From Escherichia phage RB49, in sequence record NC_005066.1: DNA of 64,000 bases. One strand, given 5' to 3'. Both the position numbers and the translations under genes were made by a program. Each line of letters starts with the position of its first letter. Position 1 is the first letter of the stretch. A model generated the notes under the pieces. It searched no databases. It was not told the origin of the DNA and saw nothing but the letters and a program-made list of their open reading frames with translations. Positions 26,819 through 35,508 of this stretch are shown here, in pieces.

Positions 26819-26881
26819 AATTGATTCTCCTAGTTCGTTTCGGTATGTGTGTAGTATAGGGGATCGGTGATCCCCTGTCAA
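26819..26881 (-). promoter_or_regulatory. Early promoter cassette with palindromic spacer
   Basis: TTGACA-GGGGATCACCGATCCCC-TATACT-ACACACATACCGAAACGAA. Confidence 0.6.
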
Positions 26882-26890
26882 CAACTTTTT

Positions 26891-27220
26891 TTAAAGTTTT
26901 TCCATGATAACGGTCATAATTACATCTTCTGCGCGAGCTGTCAGATTATCAGCGTCAGCATGTGGGCGGTTGGTTGTTACAGAGATAACACCGTTGCGCA
27001 CTGGTTTGATATTGATATCAAGATGATCCGCGAAACGTTCGTGATCCGCGAAACGTTCGCCAGTTACAGAATGAATTTTGGTGTTAAATTCTTTTGCCAG
27101 TGCCTTGCGAACTTCACGAATCAGGATAGCGTTTTTCAGTTGGTTCTCCGCGCTCATGGTCTTCTGGGTGTTCATGGTTCCGTCGAAGTCAATCATTGGC
27201 AGCGTTACGATGTATTTCAT
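26891..27220 (-). CDS. Hypothetical protein, paralogue of 23575..23862, containing an in-frame 18-bp tandem duplication
   Basis: 109 aa; ERFADH-ERFADH encoded by a tandem 18-mer at 27025..27060. Confidence 0.5.
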   Translation of the reverse strand: MKYIVTLPMIDFDGTMNTQKTMSAENQLKNAILIREVRKALAKEFNTKIHSVTGERFADHERFADHLDINIKPVRNGVISVTTNRPHADADNLTARAEDVIMTVIMEKL

Positions 27221-27294
27221 TTTTGATTCTCCGTTTAAGAAAGTGTGTTTCGTTTTGATGTGTGTAGTATAGGGGATACGTGATCCCCTGTCAA
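27221..27294 (-). promoter_or_regulatory. Early promoter cassette
   Basis: TTGACA-GGGGATCACGTATCCCC-TATACT-leader. Confidence 0.55.
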
Positions 27295-27307
27295 CAACTT
27301 TTTTGAA

Positions 27308-27652
27308 TTATTTTTTCATGAGCTTAATGGCTTCTTCCATAGCCAGCACATTTCGATAGTTAGGGTATCGTGTTAGATCGTCATACATTCGCTTAAGGGT
27401 GGAAACTTCCTCAAACTCTGGGTTTTCTAGATACAGTTGAACAAATTGTTTCTCTACCATCTCTGCTTTTAGCTTGTCTGCTTGTTCCTGTTCATATGAT
27501 TTAGTTGGACCCAACACCAACAAAATGATAAAGGTGATCAACGGGCTAATGATCAACGATAGGAGAACATAACCGATAACGCTACGGTTTAAACGGCTTG
27601 CGTACATGCCTACTAGGAAAACAAAAAGGATATAGATAAACAGAAAGAACAT
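27308..27652 (-). CDS. Small membrane protein
   Basis: 114 aa; two hydrophobic helices at the N-terminus. Confidence 0.5.
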   Translation of the reverse strand: MFFLFIYILFVFLVGMYASRLNRSVIGYVLLSLIISPLITFIILLVLGPTKSYEQEQADKLKAEMVEKQFVQLYLENPEFEEVSTLKRMYDDLTRYPNYRNVLAMEEAIKLMKK

Positions 27653-27659
27653 ATAATGG

Positions 27660-28133
27660 TTACTCCTTATTTTCTCGCTCGTACTTTTCGAAATAAAATT
27701 CTACTGGCTGGTCATGAATTGACAGCAAGCCAAAGCGTTTAGCCGCTCGCAATCCCATATTGCGCTGAATGTACTTCTGGAAGTTCTCGCGTATACACTT
27801 ACGCCAGTATTCTAAGCCCATACAGCTTTTATAAAGATTGCATTGCACACACGCCGGATTCATGTTATCAAGTATATCATGTTCCGGTTTATGCATTCCT
27901 ACAACCTTATACTTCCACGATCCATCATCATTACGGGCAATTCGTCCATTTTCATCATAGACTACCTTTGAGCGTCGCAATACTGGTTTGATGTGGTCTG
28001 CGTGCCAGCGATCCCCTAGTTCCTCGCCACAATAGGCACAACGTCCACCATATTTCATTTTCAGGATCTGGCGTTGCTCTTTCTTTGACAATTTTTTAGG
28101 TTTAGGGGCTTTCGCCCCTTCATTATCACACAT
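27660..28133 (-). CDS. HNH endonuclease (free-standing, homing-endonuclease-like)
   Basis: 157 aa; CAYCGEEL ... HADHIKP ... CVQCN HNH zinc-finger motif; start overlaps the DNA ligase stop. Confidence 0.7.
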   Translation of the reverse strand: MCDNEGAKAPKPKKLSKKEQRQILKMKYGGRCAYCGEELGDRWHADHIKPVLRRSKVVYDENGRIARNDDGSWKYKVVGMHKPEHDILDNMNPACVQCNLYKSCMGLEYWRKCIRENFQKYIQRNMGLRAAKRFGLLSIHDQPVEFYFEKYERENKE

Positions 28134-29628
28134 CGAATACCTCTTTTACTGTATTTGCAGTGGTCTTGTCGTAGCGAATACGTTTGATGATTGGGAGAAA
28201 TAAAGAGAACTCCGGTTCATCTTCTTTACGTGATTTGCTGCGGATATACCCGTTGCATGTCATCTCAATGACTTTTCCAATCAGGTTATGACGGTCAGTC
28301 CATAACATTTCTCGGTCGAGTTCATTTCGACGATCGAACGGAATTACACGTTCAGTACCATCATCACCTTTTTCGGTTGTAGTGTCGGTTAATCCCGATC
28401 CGGTGTTAGTCATCATTCGTCCGCACGCACTACGGACAGTAAAACCGCCTACCTTATTGGGGTCTTTACTATGCGGATATACATCAACAATTTCCGCGTC
28501 GAAGTCAATCACTTCTTTAAATTTAACCTGATCTTTACTACGGCGATCTTCAAATACACCATGTAAATTTTTAAGGATAATACCTTCTAAGCCCATGTTT
28601 ACATAGCGATGATATACTTCGCGAGCTTCATCTATATTGTTAACTACAGTGTTTTCGATTATCTGAACACGAGGATCGTTAAGTTCTTCAACAATCTGTT
28701 TTAGTTCTTCGAATCGATCTTTATATTGCTTCGTTGCTTTCTCATTTCCGTAATACACATCACGGTCGATAACATCCCAGACAGTATAAACAATACATTG
28801 GGCTTCTTCTTTTGGAATAGTTCCTTTAAGTGATTTGTTGAGGATACCATTTCCAGTCTGACGGTCTGCAACAACGGATTCTTTCACTGCTTCCGCTACT
28901 GGCGTTAATGGCATTTCCTCTTCTTCAAATATCCATGACAGAGTACCATCATAAACGCTCTCAACGAAGTTCTGCGCTGGTGTTTGCGAAAGGGTAGGCA
29001 TATATACCAATTCGCCATCTAGAACAATTCCACGGCCTCGTAGACGCTCTAAAACCGCAAACAAATCATCAAGCCCTTGATAGGTATTACCTGAGCGGGT
29101 ATAGATTGCTAATGTTTCCCCGTCAATATCAGCCATACCACGAGCGCCATCGCTTTTAAGTTGTGCATACGCCGGATATTTGATATTGGCAATGGTCTTA
29201 TCAGAACATGACGATGCAAGGTGGCACGGCTGCTGGGGGATCAGTTTCTTCCATACCTTGTTTGCAGTGGTAGCGGAACAACCGCATTCCAGGTCACGAT
29301 TCAGGACCATCATTGCAACTTTAGCATCATCTTCTGACAAGCAAGTCAGAGTATCGGTAACTAGCTGTAATGCTGCATTACCAGTTACTTGACGTGTTGC
29401 AAGTTTATTTTTAAAGACCTGCAATGCACCGGATAAAGACAATACAGACGAATAGCGAGACGGTTTATCGTATTTCTTTACGCCAAACGTAACCTGTTTG
29501 CAATATGCCAGATAAAAGCATTCTTTCAGCGTTTCATTGCTCGCGGATTCTTTCAGAATCTTTTCTTTCAGCGATGTTTTGTCTGTTGCTGCAAGCTGAT
29601 TAATGATATTAAGAATTGACATTTTCAC
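28126..29628 (-). CDS. 30: ATP-dependent DNA ligase
   Basis: 500 aa; adenylation motif LKSDGAR (KxDGxR) and ligase motifs; T4 gp30 is a similar size. Confidence 0.8.
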   Translation of the reverse strand: MKMSILNIINQLAATDKTSLKEKILKESASNETLKECFYLAYCKQVTFGVKKYDKPSRYSSVLSLSGALQVFKNKLATRQVTGNAALQLVTDTLTCLSEDDAKVAMMVLNRDLECGCSATTANKVWKKLIPQQPCHLASSCSDKTIANIKYPAYAQLKSDGARGMADIDGETLAIYTRSGNTYQGLDDLFAVLERLRGRGIVLDGELVYMPTLSQTPAQNFVESVYDGTLSWIFEEEEMPLTPVAEAVKESVVADRQTGNGILNKSLKGTIPKEEAQCIVYTVWDVIDRDVYYGNEKATKQYKDRFEELKQIVEELNDPRVQIIENTVVNNIDEAREVYHRYVNMGLEGIILKNLHGVFEDRRSKDQVKFKEVIDFDAEIVDVYPHSKDPNKVGGFTVRSACGRMMTNTGSGLTDTTTEKGDDGTERVIPFDRRNELDREMLWTDRHNLIGKVIEMTCNGYIRSKSRKEDEPEFSLFLPIIKRIRYDKTTANTVKEVFDV

Positions 29629-30088
29629 CTCGTTTTGTTAAACGTTCACGAATATCATTGAGGATACTACAAAATTCCGATTCAGTCAATATAGTCTTTA
29701 ACGGATCAGTTCCACCTATGCTATGACGTAATTTCTTATTTCCGGTCGCGAGTAATGCTTTACAAAATTCTGGGTTATTCCGTGCCATCGTAACAAATGC
29801 CAGATGTACCAGTCTGTAATAATGCTCACTCATTCGATGAATCGGGCGACCCTGAAAATATAACATGTGATTCTCAATCTTTTCAGTTCTTCCGGTTCTT
29901 TTTGCTTTGCCGCCGTGCATCAAAAAGATTTCTCTTTGTCTCTGAGGGTTCTTAAATCTTAGCCCCTGTAAAAATCCTTCTGTGCTGTTAATATCGCAAC
30001 CAAATAGACGGAATGGTCTTTTATTGAAATTACTCAATTCACCCGATGGATAAGGTCCACCCGCATAGATATCAATTTCAGAAGTCAT
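29609..30088 (-). CDS. NADAR (YbiA-like) domain protein
   Basis: 159 aa; pattern IYAGGPYPSGELSNF ... STEGFLQGLRF ... GKAKRTGR ... ALLATGNKKL resembles the NADAR/DUF1768 family. Confidence 0.5.
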   Translation of the reverse strand: MTSEIDIYAGGPYPSGELSNFNKRPFRLFGCDINSTEGFLQGLRFKNPQRQREIFLMHGGKAKRTGRTEKIENHMLYFQGRPIHRMSEHYYRLVHLAFVTMARNNPEFCKALLATGNKKLRHSIGGTDPLKTILTESEFCSILNDIRERLTKRGENVNS

Positions 30089-30294
30089 TGAAACTAATCT
30101 CGCTAATCAGAGAGAACGGATCATAATCGTCATTAGGAATATCGATAGTAATCGAATGAGGATTTACCCATACACCAAACTGGTCTTCTTCGGTGAATAC
30201 TTCGGTATGGATTTCGTGGATGTTTACATTCATAGTTTTCATAATAAAATTCCTTAATAATCAATAACTTACAAAATCATATAGCCAAAATATA

Positions 30295-30312
30295 GGCGGG
30301 ATTATTTCCCGC
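30295..30312 (-). terminator. Rho-independent terminator after gene 31
   Basis: Hairpin ggcggga-ttattt-cccgcc with a T-rich tail on the minus strand. Confidence 0.5.
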
Positions 30313-30324
30313 CGTTTAAAATAA

Positions 30325-30648
30325 TTAACCGTAAACTACCACAATATTCTGTTTGTGCGTTACAGTCCATTTCAGGTCGATCTCTTCTTCCTTCTTAACG
30401 CCGTTAATAACGTCTGGATGAGGAACTTTATTCATCTTGCCATGTGGCAGTAAAACAGTTTTACCCAGCAATTCTTTATCTACCGTCTCGCCAATATCAA
30501 TAATCTTACCTACCAGCGGAATCTCACCCATAGTGCGCTTTTGCTCAATAATGATCCCCATAGAGCTTTTTACTTCGGTCCCTGCGCTTTCTGCTTTAGC
30601 TTCGATAATTACATAATCACCAAGTGCTTTAGGAGTTTTAACGGTCAT
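30325..30648 (-). CDS. 31: gp31 co-chaperonin (GroES analogue for capsid folding)
   Basis: 107 aa; GDYVIIEA and NKVPHP resemble T4 gp31 as recalled; syntenic position. Confidence 0.7.
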   Translation of the reverse strand: MTVKTPKALGDYVIIEAKAESAGTEVKSSMGIIIEQKRTMGEIPLVGKIIDIGETVDKELLGKTVLLPHGKMNKVPHPDVINGVKKEEEIDLKWTVTHKQNIVVVYG

Positions 30649-30689
30649 AATTTTATTACCTCTTCAAATCAATACAGTTTAATGATGAA

Positions 30690-31010
30690 TTATTTATAAA
30701 TTTCGACGATCTGCGCTGGAGTCAGCCCATCTACATTAATCAGACTATCAAGCCCAAAACTACGGAAACCTTCAACTGCAATTTCATATACTGGCAAAGA
30801 TGTTTCTGATTCTTTACGCGGTTTTTCAACATTCGGAACTAACCACTTTTCGTATGTTTCAAACGGCATCAGTGCCGGATCTCGCGTGGCGATCATCTCG
30901 CGGACAGTACCATCTTTCTTAGTAAACTGCAAAGAGTGAGTACCGACCGAGAACATTTTCTTTAGTGCTTCACGAAGTGCGATATTATCAATTTGTTCAG
31001 TCATTATCAA
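30690..31010 (-). CDS. Hypothetical protein
   Basis: 106 aa ORF. Confidence 0.45.
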   Translation of the reverse strand: MIMTEQIDNIALREALKKMFSVGTHSLQFTKKDGTVREMIATRDPALMPFETYEKWLVPNVEKPRKESETSLPVYEIAVEGFRSFGLDSLINVDGLTPAQIVEIYK

Positions 31011-31503
31011 TACCCTTCAAATCAGTCAATAATGCTTTTGGAATACGCGTAACCGTAATGTCGGCTTTATCCAAAATATCAGCCCAATCACGCCCACCGT
31101 TTCGGTCGTATGTATCGCAATAGTATAGATGTTTAATACCACTGTTTGCAATTGCTTTAGCGCAATCTGGACACGGTGAAGCAGTACACCACATACTAGC
31201 GCCTTCAATCGATACACCATTACGGGCAGCAAACAAAATAGCATTTAATTCAGCGTGGATCTCGTTTTTCTGTGACCATGCACTATGTTCTGGTCGTTTT
31301 TCTGGGATCATTTTACCGTCATCATCCAGCCAACCGCTTTTATGTGCATGACAGCTACAATTTACTTGCCCTGCTGGAGTGCCGTTAAATCCAGTAGAAA
31401 TGATTCGCCCGTCTTTTTCGATCAGTGCGCCTACCTTCCACGAAACACATTTAGAGTTCTTTGCGATCAGATAGGCGATCTGCATGTAAGTTTGTGACAA
31501 CAT
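30997..31503 (-). CDS. cd: dCMP deaminase
   Basis: 168 aa; zinc-binding HAELNAI and PCPDC motifs of the cytidine/dCMP deaminase family. Confidence 0.8.
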   Translation of the reverse strand: MLSQTYMQIAYLIAKNSKCVSWKVGALIEKDGRIISTGFNGTPAGQVNCSCHAHKSGWLDDDGKMIPEKRPEHSAWSQKNEIHAELNAILFAARNGVSIEGASMWCTASPCPDCAKAIANSGIKHLYYCDTYDRNGGRDWADILDKADITVTRIPKALLTDLKGIDND

Positions 31504-31524
31504 AATATAATCCTCACATAGTAA

Positions 31525-31728
31525 TTAACCGTATACGCGAAAGTATTCTACTGATCCGTCGCTATACTGTTTTACATTGAATGTATTCACACCATGATTA
31601 TTTCTCATGATGACATATACACTGCGACGTTCATCGCTAAACGGCATAACTGGCGCTGGTTCAATATCAACACTAAAACCACGTTTAGCAAGTGCTTCGC
31701 CTAATTGCTTGAGTTTATCGGTAAACAT
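31525..31728 (-). CDS. Hypothetical small protein
   Basis: 67 aa ORF. Confidence 0.4.
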   Translation of the reverse strand: MFTDKLKQLGEALAKRGFSVDIEPAPVMPFSDERRSVYVIMRNNHGVNTFNVKQYSDGSVEYFRVYG

Positions 31729-32627
31729 TAAAATTCTCCGTAGTTAACCTGAAAACATTCTACACCAATTGAGCGGTACATGTCAACCACTTGATCACGG
31801 TCATCTACCGCCAAAACAACATGATAACGCGGTGCAATTTCAGAGAAGAAGATCTCTTTCTTCACTTCATGATCAGGACGACGATCATTAGTTTCACGTT
31901 GAAAGTGATCACTAGGTTCAATACCCTGTTCACGCAACCATTGCAGAGTATCTTCTTCGCAAACATCCTCACGCCCTGAGCATGTGATGATACGATAGCC
32001 ATTATCACGATACAGTTTAAGCATTTCGACCACTTGCGGACGAGGTTTATCTTCTTTGACCTTTGTCCAGTCAAACGGATGACGACCGCCCTTATCCGCT
32101 AATGTTCCATCAATATCAAAGATCACTGCCTTTGGCAGCATAGTATTCGGTTTGTATACTTCTTGACCCATATATTCCTGCATCAGATAAAATTGGTTAC
32201 GCAAATGAGAAAGTGGAATTGCTTTCTCGCCGCGATAGAAATTACGTTTCTTTAGTGTCTCAAACGGTTCATTGAACACTTGTTCAGTATACACCGCGTT
32301 AAATTCTTTTGCAAGTTCTTTGTAGAATACACGATGTTTTTCTTTCAGATTAGTATCAGAGATAATGATACTTAATCCGCGTGATAGAGTCTCACGAGCA
32401 ATCATTCTCTGAATAGACTCTACCAGCTTTTCTTTTTCCTTAGTATACTTGTATTTCAAATGTGAGTCAACACCAAACAACATAAGACGAAGATCATCGC
32501 GATTCACATTACGATAATTACTAAACCGTTTACATGTTTCCATCGCCCATGTAGTTTTACCGGACCCAGAACAACCAACGGTTAAAATCACTTCACATTT
32601 CGGCATTATTTCTCCTTCGGTTTGCAC
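31728..32627 (-). CDS. pseT: Polynucleotide kinase / 3'-phosphatase
   Basis: 299 aa; P-loop GCSGSGKT and HAD-type phosphatase motif VIFDIDGTLAD, as in T4 Pnk. Confidence 0.85.
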   Translation of the reverse strand: MQTEGEIMPKCEVILTVGCSGSGKTTWAMETCKRFSNYRNVNRDDLRLMLFGVDSHLKYKYTKEKEKLVESIQRMIARETLSRGLSIIISDTNLKEKHRVFYKELAKEFNAVYTEQVFNEPFETLKKRNFYRGEKAIPLSHLRNQFYLMQEYMGQEVYKPNTMLPKAVIFDIDGTLADKGGRHPFDWTKVKEDKPRPQVVEMLKLYRDNGYRIITCSGREDVCEEDTLQWLREQGIEPSDHFQRETNDRRPDHEVKKEIFFSEIAPRYHVVLAVDDRDQVVDMYRSIGVECFQVNYGEF

Positions 32628-33058
32628 CGTTCCTCATTAAGTTCTTTTCGATAATAACACATGATCAACTTACTTTCAAGTGTATATCTCTTAATATCCG
32701 CAAGCCAGACTCTGAATTTTTGGGAGTCCTCCCACGACATAGAAACTCTAGGTTTACCGTCTATTGTATCCACTTTCAGGTTAATGTCAACTTTTTCTAT
32801 TGGTGCTGGTAGTGGAGGATGTAATTTCGGTTCCTGTGAATAATGGTCCATTGTACACGAAGAAAGAGCAAATACAATAGGCACAGCGAAGACATGGATT
32901 ATGGCGGTCTGAAAATTCTTATGTGCTTTCTTAAACATCCAGTGTATCACGAAAATTGAAAACACCATCAGGATAATAATGCTTGCACCTATCCCCAGAT
33001 AATCAACCAGATTAAAATTGCTTATCTGCTCTTGTGTAGGCAATATTTCTATGCTCAT
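32606..33058 (-). CDS. Putative outer-membrane spanin (Rz1-like lipoprotein; true start may be the internal Met)
   Basis: Signal-like MFKKAHKNFQTAIIHVFAVPIVFALSSC with lipobox LSSC, then Pro-rich PPLPAP; follows the putative i-spanin in the pseT.3/pseT.2 position. Confidence 0.45.
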   Translation of the reverse strand: MSIEILPTQEQISNFNLVDYLGIGASIIILMVFSIFVIHWMFKKAHKNFQTAIIHVFAVPIVFALSSCTMDHYSQEPKLHPPLPAPIEKVDINLKVDTIDGKPRVSMSWEDSQKFRVWLADIKRYTLESKLIMCYYRKELNEERCKPKEK

Positions 33059-33429
33059 TTAGTAGCCTCCTTTAATTCTTCGGTAAACTCCTTAAATGAA
33101 TCATTAAGCTGTTTCTCTACCAACTTGGGTTTTTGTGCTACTACATAGCCTCGTGTAGCGTCTTTCATTGCTTTGTTTTGTTCTTCTGCAAACTTAGTTC
33201 TTATTCCGTACATCTCCTTTTGTAGCGAGTCTACAATCTTCATCTTATCATCTGTCTTTTTCTTATACTCTGTAAATTCCTGATTCAGTCGATCTACCTC
33301 CTTTTTATTTTCCCACCACATATTGCCACCCACCCCCAGCAATACAGATATGATAACAATGTATATCAGCTTTGACATATTACCCCCAACGACAAAAGGC
33401 GGGGAACTAGCCCCGCTTATTATTACCAA
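33055..33429 (-). CDS. Putative inner-membrane spanin (Rz-like: N-terminal TM plus coiled coil)
   Basis: 124 aa; TM helix LIYIVIISVLLGVGG then charged coiled-coil periplasmic domain. Confidence 0.45.
   Translation of the reverse strand: MVIISGASSPPFVVGGNMSKLIYIVIISVLLGVGGNMWWENKKEVDRLNQEFTEYKKKTDDKMKIVDSLQKEMYGIRTKFAEEQNKAMKDATRGYVVAQKPKLVEKQLNDSFKEFTEELKEATK
33398..33416 (-). terminator. Stem-loop (attenuator/terminator candidate)
   Basis: ggcgggg-aactag-ccccgc hairpin at the rnlA/spanin junction. Confidence 0.35.
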
Positions 33430-34592
33430 TCAATCTTATCAGCCGGAATAAGTTTCTTATAATTCCGTAGATAGTAAGTTTTCATTGAATCCATAATACG
33501 GTCATAATCAAGACCATCAAATGCAATCATCAGACACATGAAAATATATGCGTGTGCATCACCGTGTTTACGTGATTCGATAGTCGCATTTGATGCATAT
33601 GTCTTTCTGTCTTCTCCCGCGTGTGCGTTATAAAATTCTGTTGCTGTCGTGAAGGCATTGCGAAGAATAGACCTGAATGCTTCCTCGAATAGCTCGATTC
33701 GTTCCAGTGCTTCCGGTTCGCCTTCATATGCAGCACGCAAATCATCGGTTTCGCTTTCTACGACATAGTAGATCAGGTTATTAGGAAACATCGATGTGTT
33801 TTTAATGTTATGCACACCAATATACCATTCACTCTTCACCTTGAACATTTGACCGTCTTTAGTGCGTGCAACAATTCCTTCGATACCTTCTGCGATCCGA
33901 ACTTCATCAAGAATATTGCTAAAACGCGCTGAATCAACCTGTAACGCATTTACCAGATGAGGACGTAGGATTGCGTCAGCAAATAGCATTTGATGCGGTA
34001 CGTACTCTCCTGTGACGTTATGGCGTACATTCAGAAGTGTTAGCGACGGTTCAGAATATTCTACAACAATTCGGTTGCTGGGTGCTGTATATTCAAAGTT
34101 GAAAGTATAATCAGACCCAATATCAGCAATCTTAGCGCGTAGATCCGCATACTTCTCTGAATACAGAAGACCGTTTGCTCTCTCTGCCTGGCTTGAGTAC
34201 AAGGCCGCTTTAGACTTCAACTGAACATAGCCATTATCAATGTATGTGCTTACTAGACTACCGTCCATTTTGTCCATGACCATTTCCACATCTTCCGGCT
34301 TAAAGCGAGCGCGATCATTCTCACCCAAATTAAAAAACTTCTCCATAGGACGAGATGCAATGCGGACCGGACGACCTTTATCGTCAATTTCAAACATGAT
34401 CCCGCGACACTCTAACGCATCTGGTTTATTCCACATTTCCGGTTTGCTCAAGTACAGATAGCTAAAAATGCGCATACGGGTTTGCATCGCCGTAATTTCA
34501 TCTTTGTAATAGAACGTATCAGATCCGTCACATAGTGCCATCAGATTTTTGAACAATGCTAAAACTTTTTTGTTGTTTTCTTTTGTTGACAT
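33423..34592 (-). CDS. rnlA: RNA ligase 1
   Basis: 389 aa; RIFSY ... PDALECRGIMFE ... VRIASRPMEKFFNL and the KMDGSLVSTY adenylation-lysine motif match T4 Rnl1 as recalled. Confidence 0.85.
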   Translation of the reverse strand: MSTKENNKKVLALFKNLMALCDGSDTFYYKDEITAMQTRMRIFSYLYLSKPEMWNKPDALECRGIMFEIDDKGRPVRIASRPMEKFFNLGENDRARFKPEDVEMVMDKMDGSLVSTYIDNGYVQLKSKAALYSSQAERANGLLYSEKYADLRAKIADIGSDYTFNFEYTAPSNRIVVEYSEPSLTLLNVRHNVTGEYVPHQMLFADAILRPHLVNALQVDSARFSNILDEVRIAEGIEGIVARTKDGQMFKVKSEWYIGVHNIKNTSMFPNNLIYYVVESETDDLRAAYEGEPEALERIELFEEAFRSILRNAFTTATEFYNAHAGEDRKTYASNATIESRKHGDAHAYIFMCLMIAFDGLDYDRIMDSMKTYYLRNYKKLIPADKIDW

Positions 34593-34989
34593 AATTTGTG
34601 TTCCATTCTGGTTTAAATTTGGTGATCAAAACAGGTTCTTCGATATCGGCAGTGCTTATAATATCCTTACCCGTTGGATTCTCGATGTACAACTCAAAGC
34701 ACTGTCGGTAATAGAATGTTACTGTCTTACCTTCCTCTAGCGCCTTATGAATATTCTTACTCTTGCGAGTATCCGCTGTTGGTGTTTGTCTGTTAATGCT
34801 AGTCCGGTAATAATTGATCCGCTTTCTGAGATTGACAGTCTGACCAATATATACCAGTTCATCATCAACAACAATAGCGTAAAGAACATTTAAACGGTTC
34901 TTCTGAGGCGGTAGAATCACATCACCATCTTTACACTCTAAACATGAATATTTAACGAATCCATAGTTTTCTATTAGCTCATTAATCAT
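34528..34989 (-). CDS. denA: Endonuclease II (GIY-YIG)
   Basis: 153 aa; NVLYAIVVDDELVYIGQTVNLRKRINYYRT GIY-YIG motif, close to T4 DenA as recalled. Confidence 0.8.
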   Translation of the reverse strand: MINELIENYGFVKYSCLECKDGDVILPPQKNRLNVLYAIVVDDELVYIGQTVNLRKRINYYRTSINRQTPTADTRKSKNIHKALEEGKTVTFYYRQCFELYIENPTGKDIISTADIEEPVLITKFKPEWNTNYVNKRKQQKSFSIVQKSDGTM

Positions 34990-35014
34990 TATCCTTTCCT
35001 CACGTCACAACAAA

Positions 35015-35033
35015 GGCGGGATTTCTCCCGCCC
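35015..35033 (-). terminator. Rho-independent terminator
   Basis: ggcggga-tttc-tcccgcc hairpin downstream of the 35040..35438 gene. Confidence 0.5.
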
Positions 35034-35039
35034 ACCTTA

Positions 35040-35438
35040 TTAACTTTCCAGAATATCGCGAGCTTCGTTACGCTCCTTGATGATTTTCAGGACAAATTCC
35101 AGTTTTTCTTTGTTCAGCGTTCCATTTTCCATTGCTTCTTTGACGGTAAACACTCCGCCACCTTGCCCGTATACAGTGACAGTGATTTCACCTAACATCG
35201 TGGTATGAAAACCGCCAATTTTCGGTGATTCGAAAGAAACAATTACCTCGCGGACAGTATTACCGTCGTTGATTTCTGAGAGGGTAATGTCGTTTTTGTA
35301 GGCGGTTGCTTTAACCATACGGATCAGCATAGTCTGATCTGGGGAGATGGTCATTTTGTCCATTGCATGTTGCAATGCAGCGTAACCGAAAACTTTAACG
35401 AAGTCCAGAACGTCTTTGCGAGTTTGAAATTTAATCAT
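35040..35438 (-). CDS. Hypothetical protein
   Basis: 132 aa ORF with promoter cassette upstream. Confidence 0.5.
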   Translation of the reverse strand: MIKFQTRKDVLDFVKVFGYAALQHAMDKMTISPDQTMLIRMVKATAYKNDITLSEINDGNTVREVIVSFESPKIGGFHTTMLGEITVTVYGQGGGVFTVKEAMENGTLNKEKLEFVLKIIKERNEARDILES

Positions 35439-35500
35439 CTTGATACTCCTTAGTTGTTTTGGTATGGGAGTATCTTACTACTCCCGTGATATGCTGTCAA
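35439..35500 (-). promoter_or_regulatory. Early promoter cassette, GGGAGTA/TACTCCC class
   Basis: TTGACA-17 bp-TAAGAT with GGGAGTAGTAAGATACTCCC inverted repeat. Confidence 0.5.
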
Positions 35501-35508
35501 CTGCTTTT

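Noticed and set aside
18722-27294. Regularly spaced repeats that superficially resemble a CRISPR array
   Set aside because: The repeats are about 60 bp, variable, contain -35/-10 promoter boxes and an RBS, and are separated by protein-coding ORFs of 150-480 bp rather than short uniform spacers; no cas genes are present.
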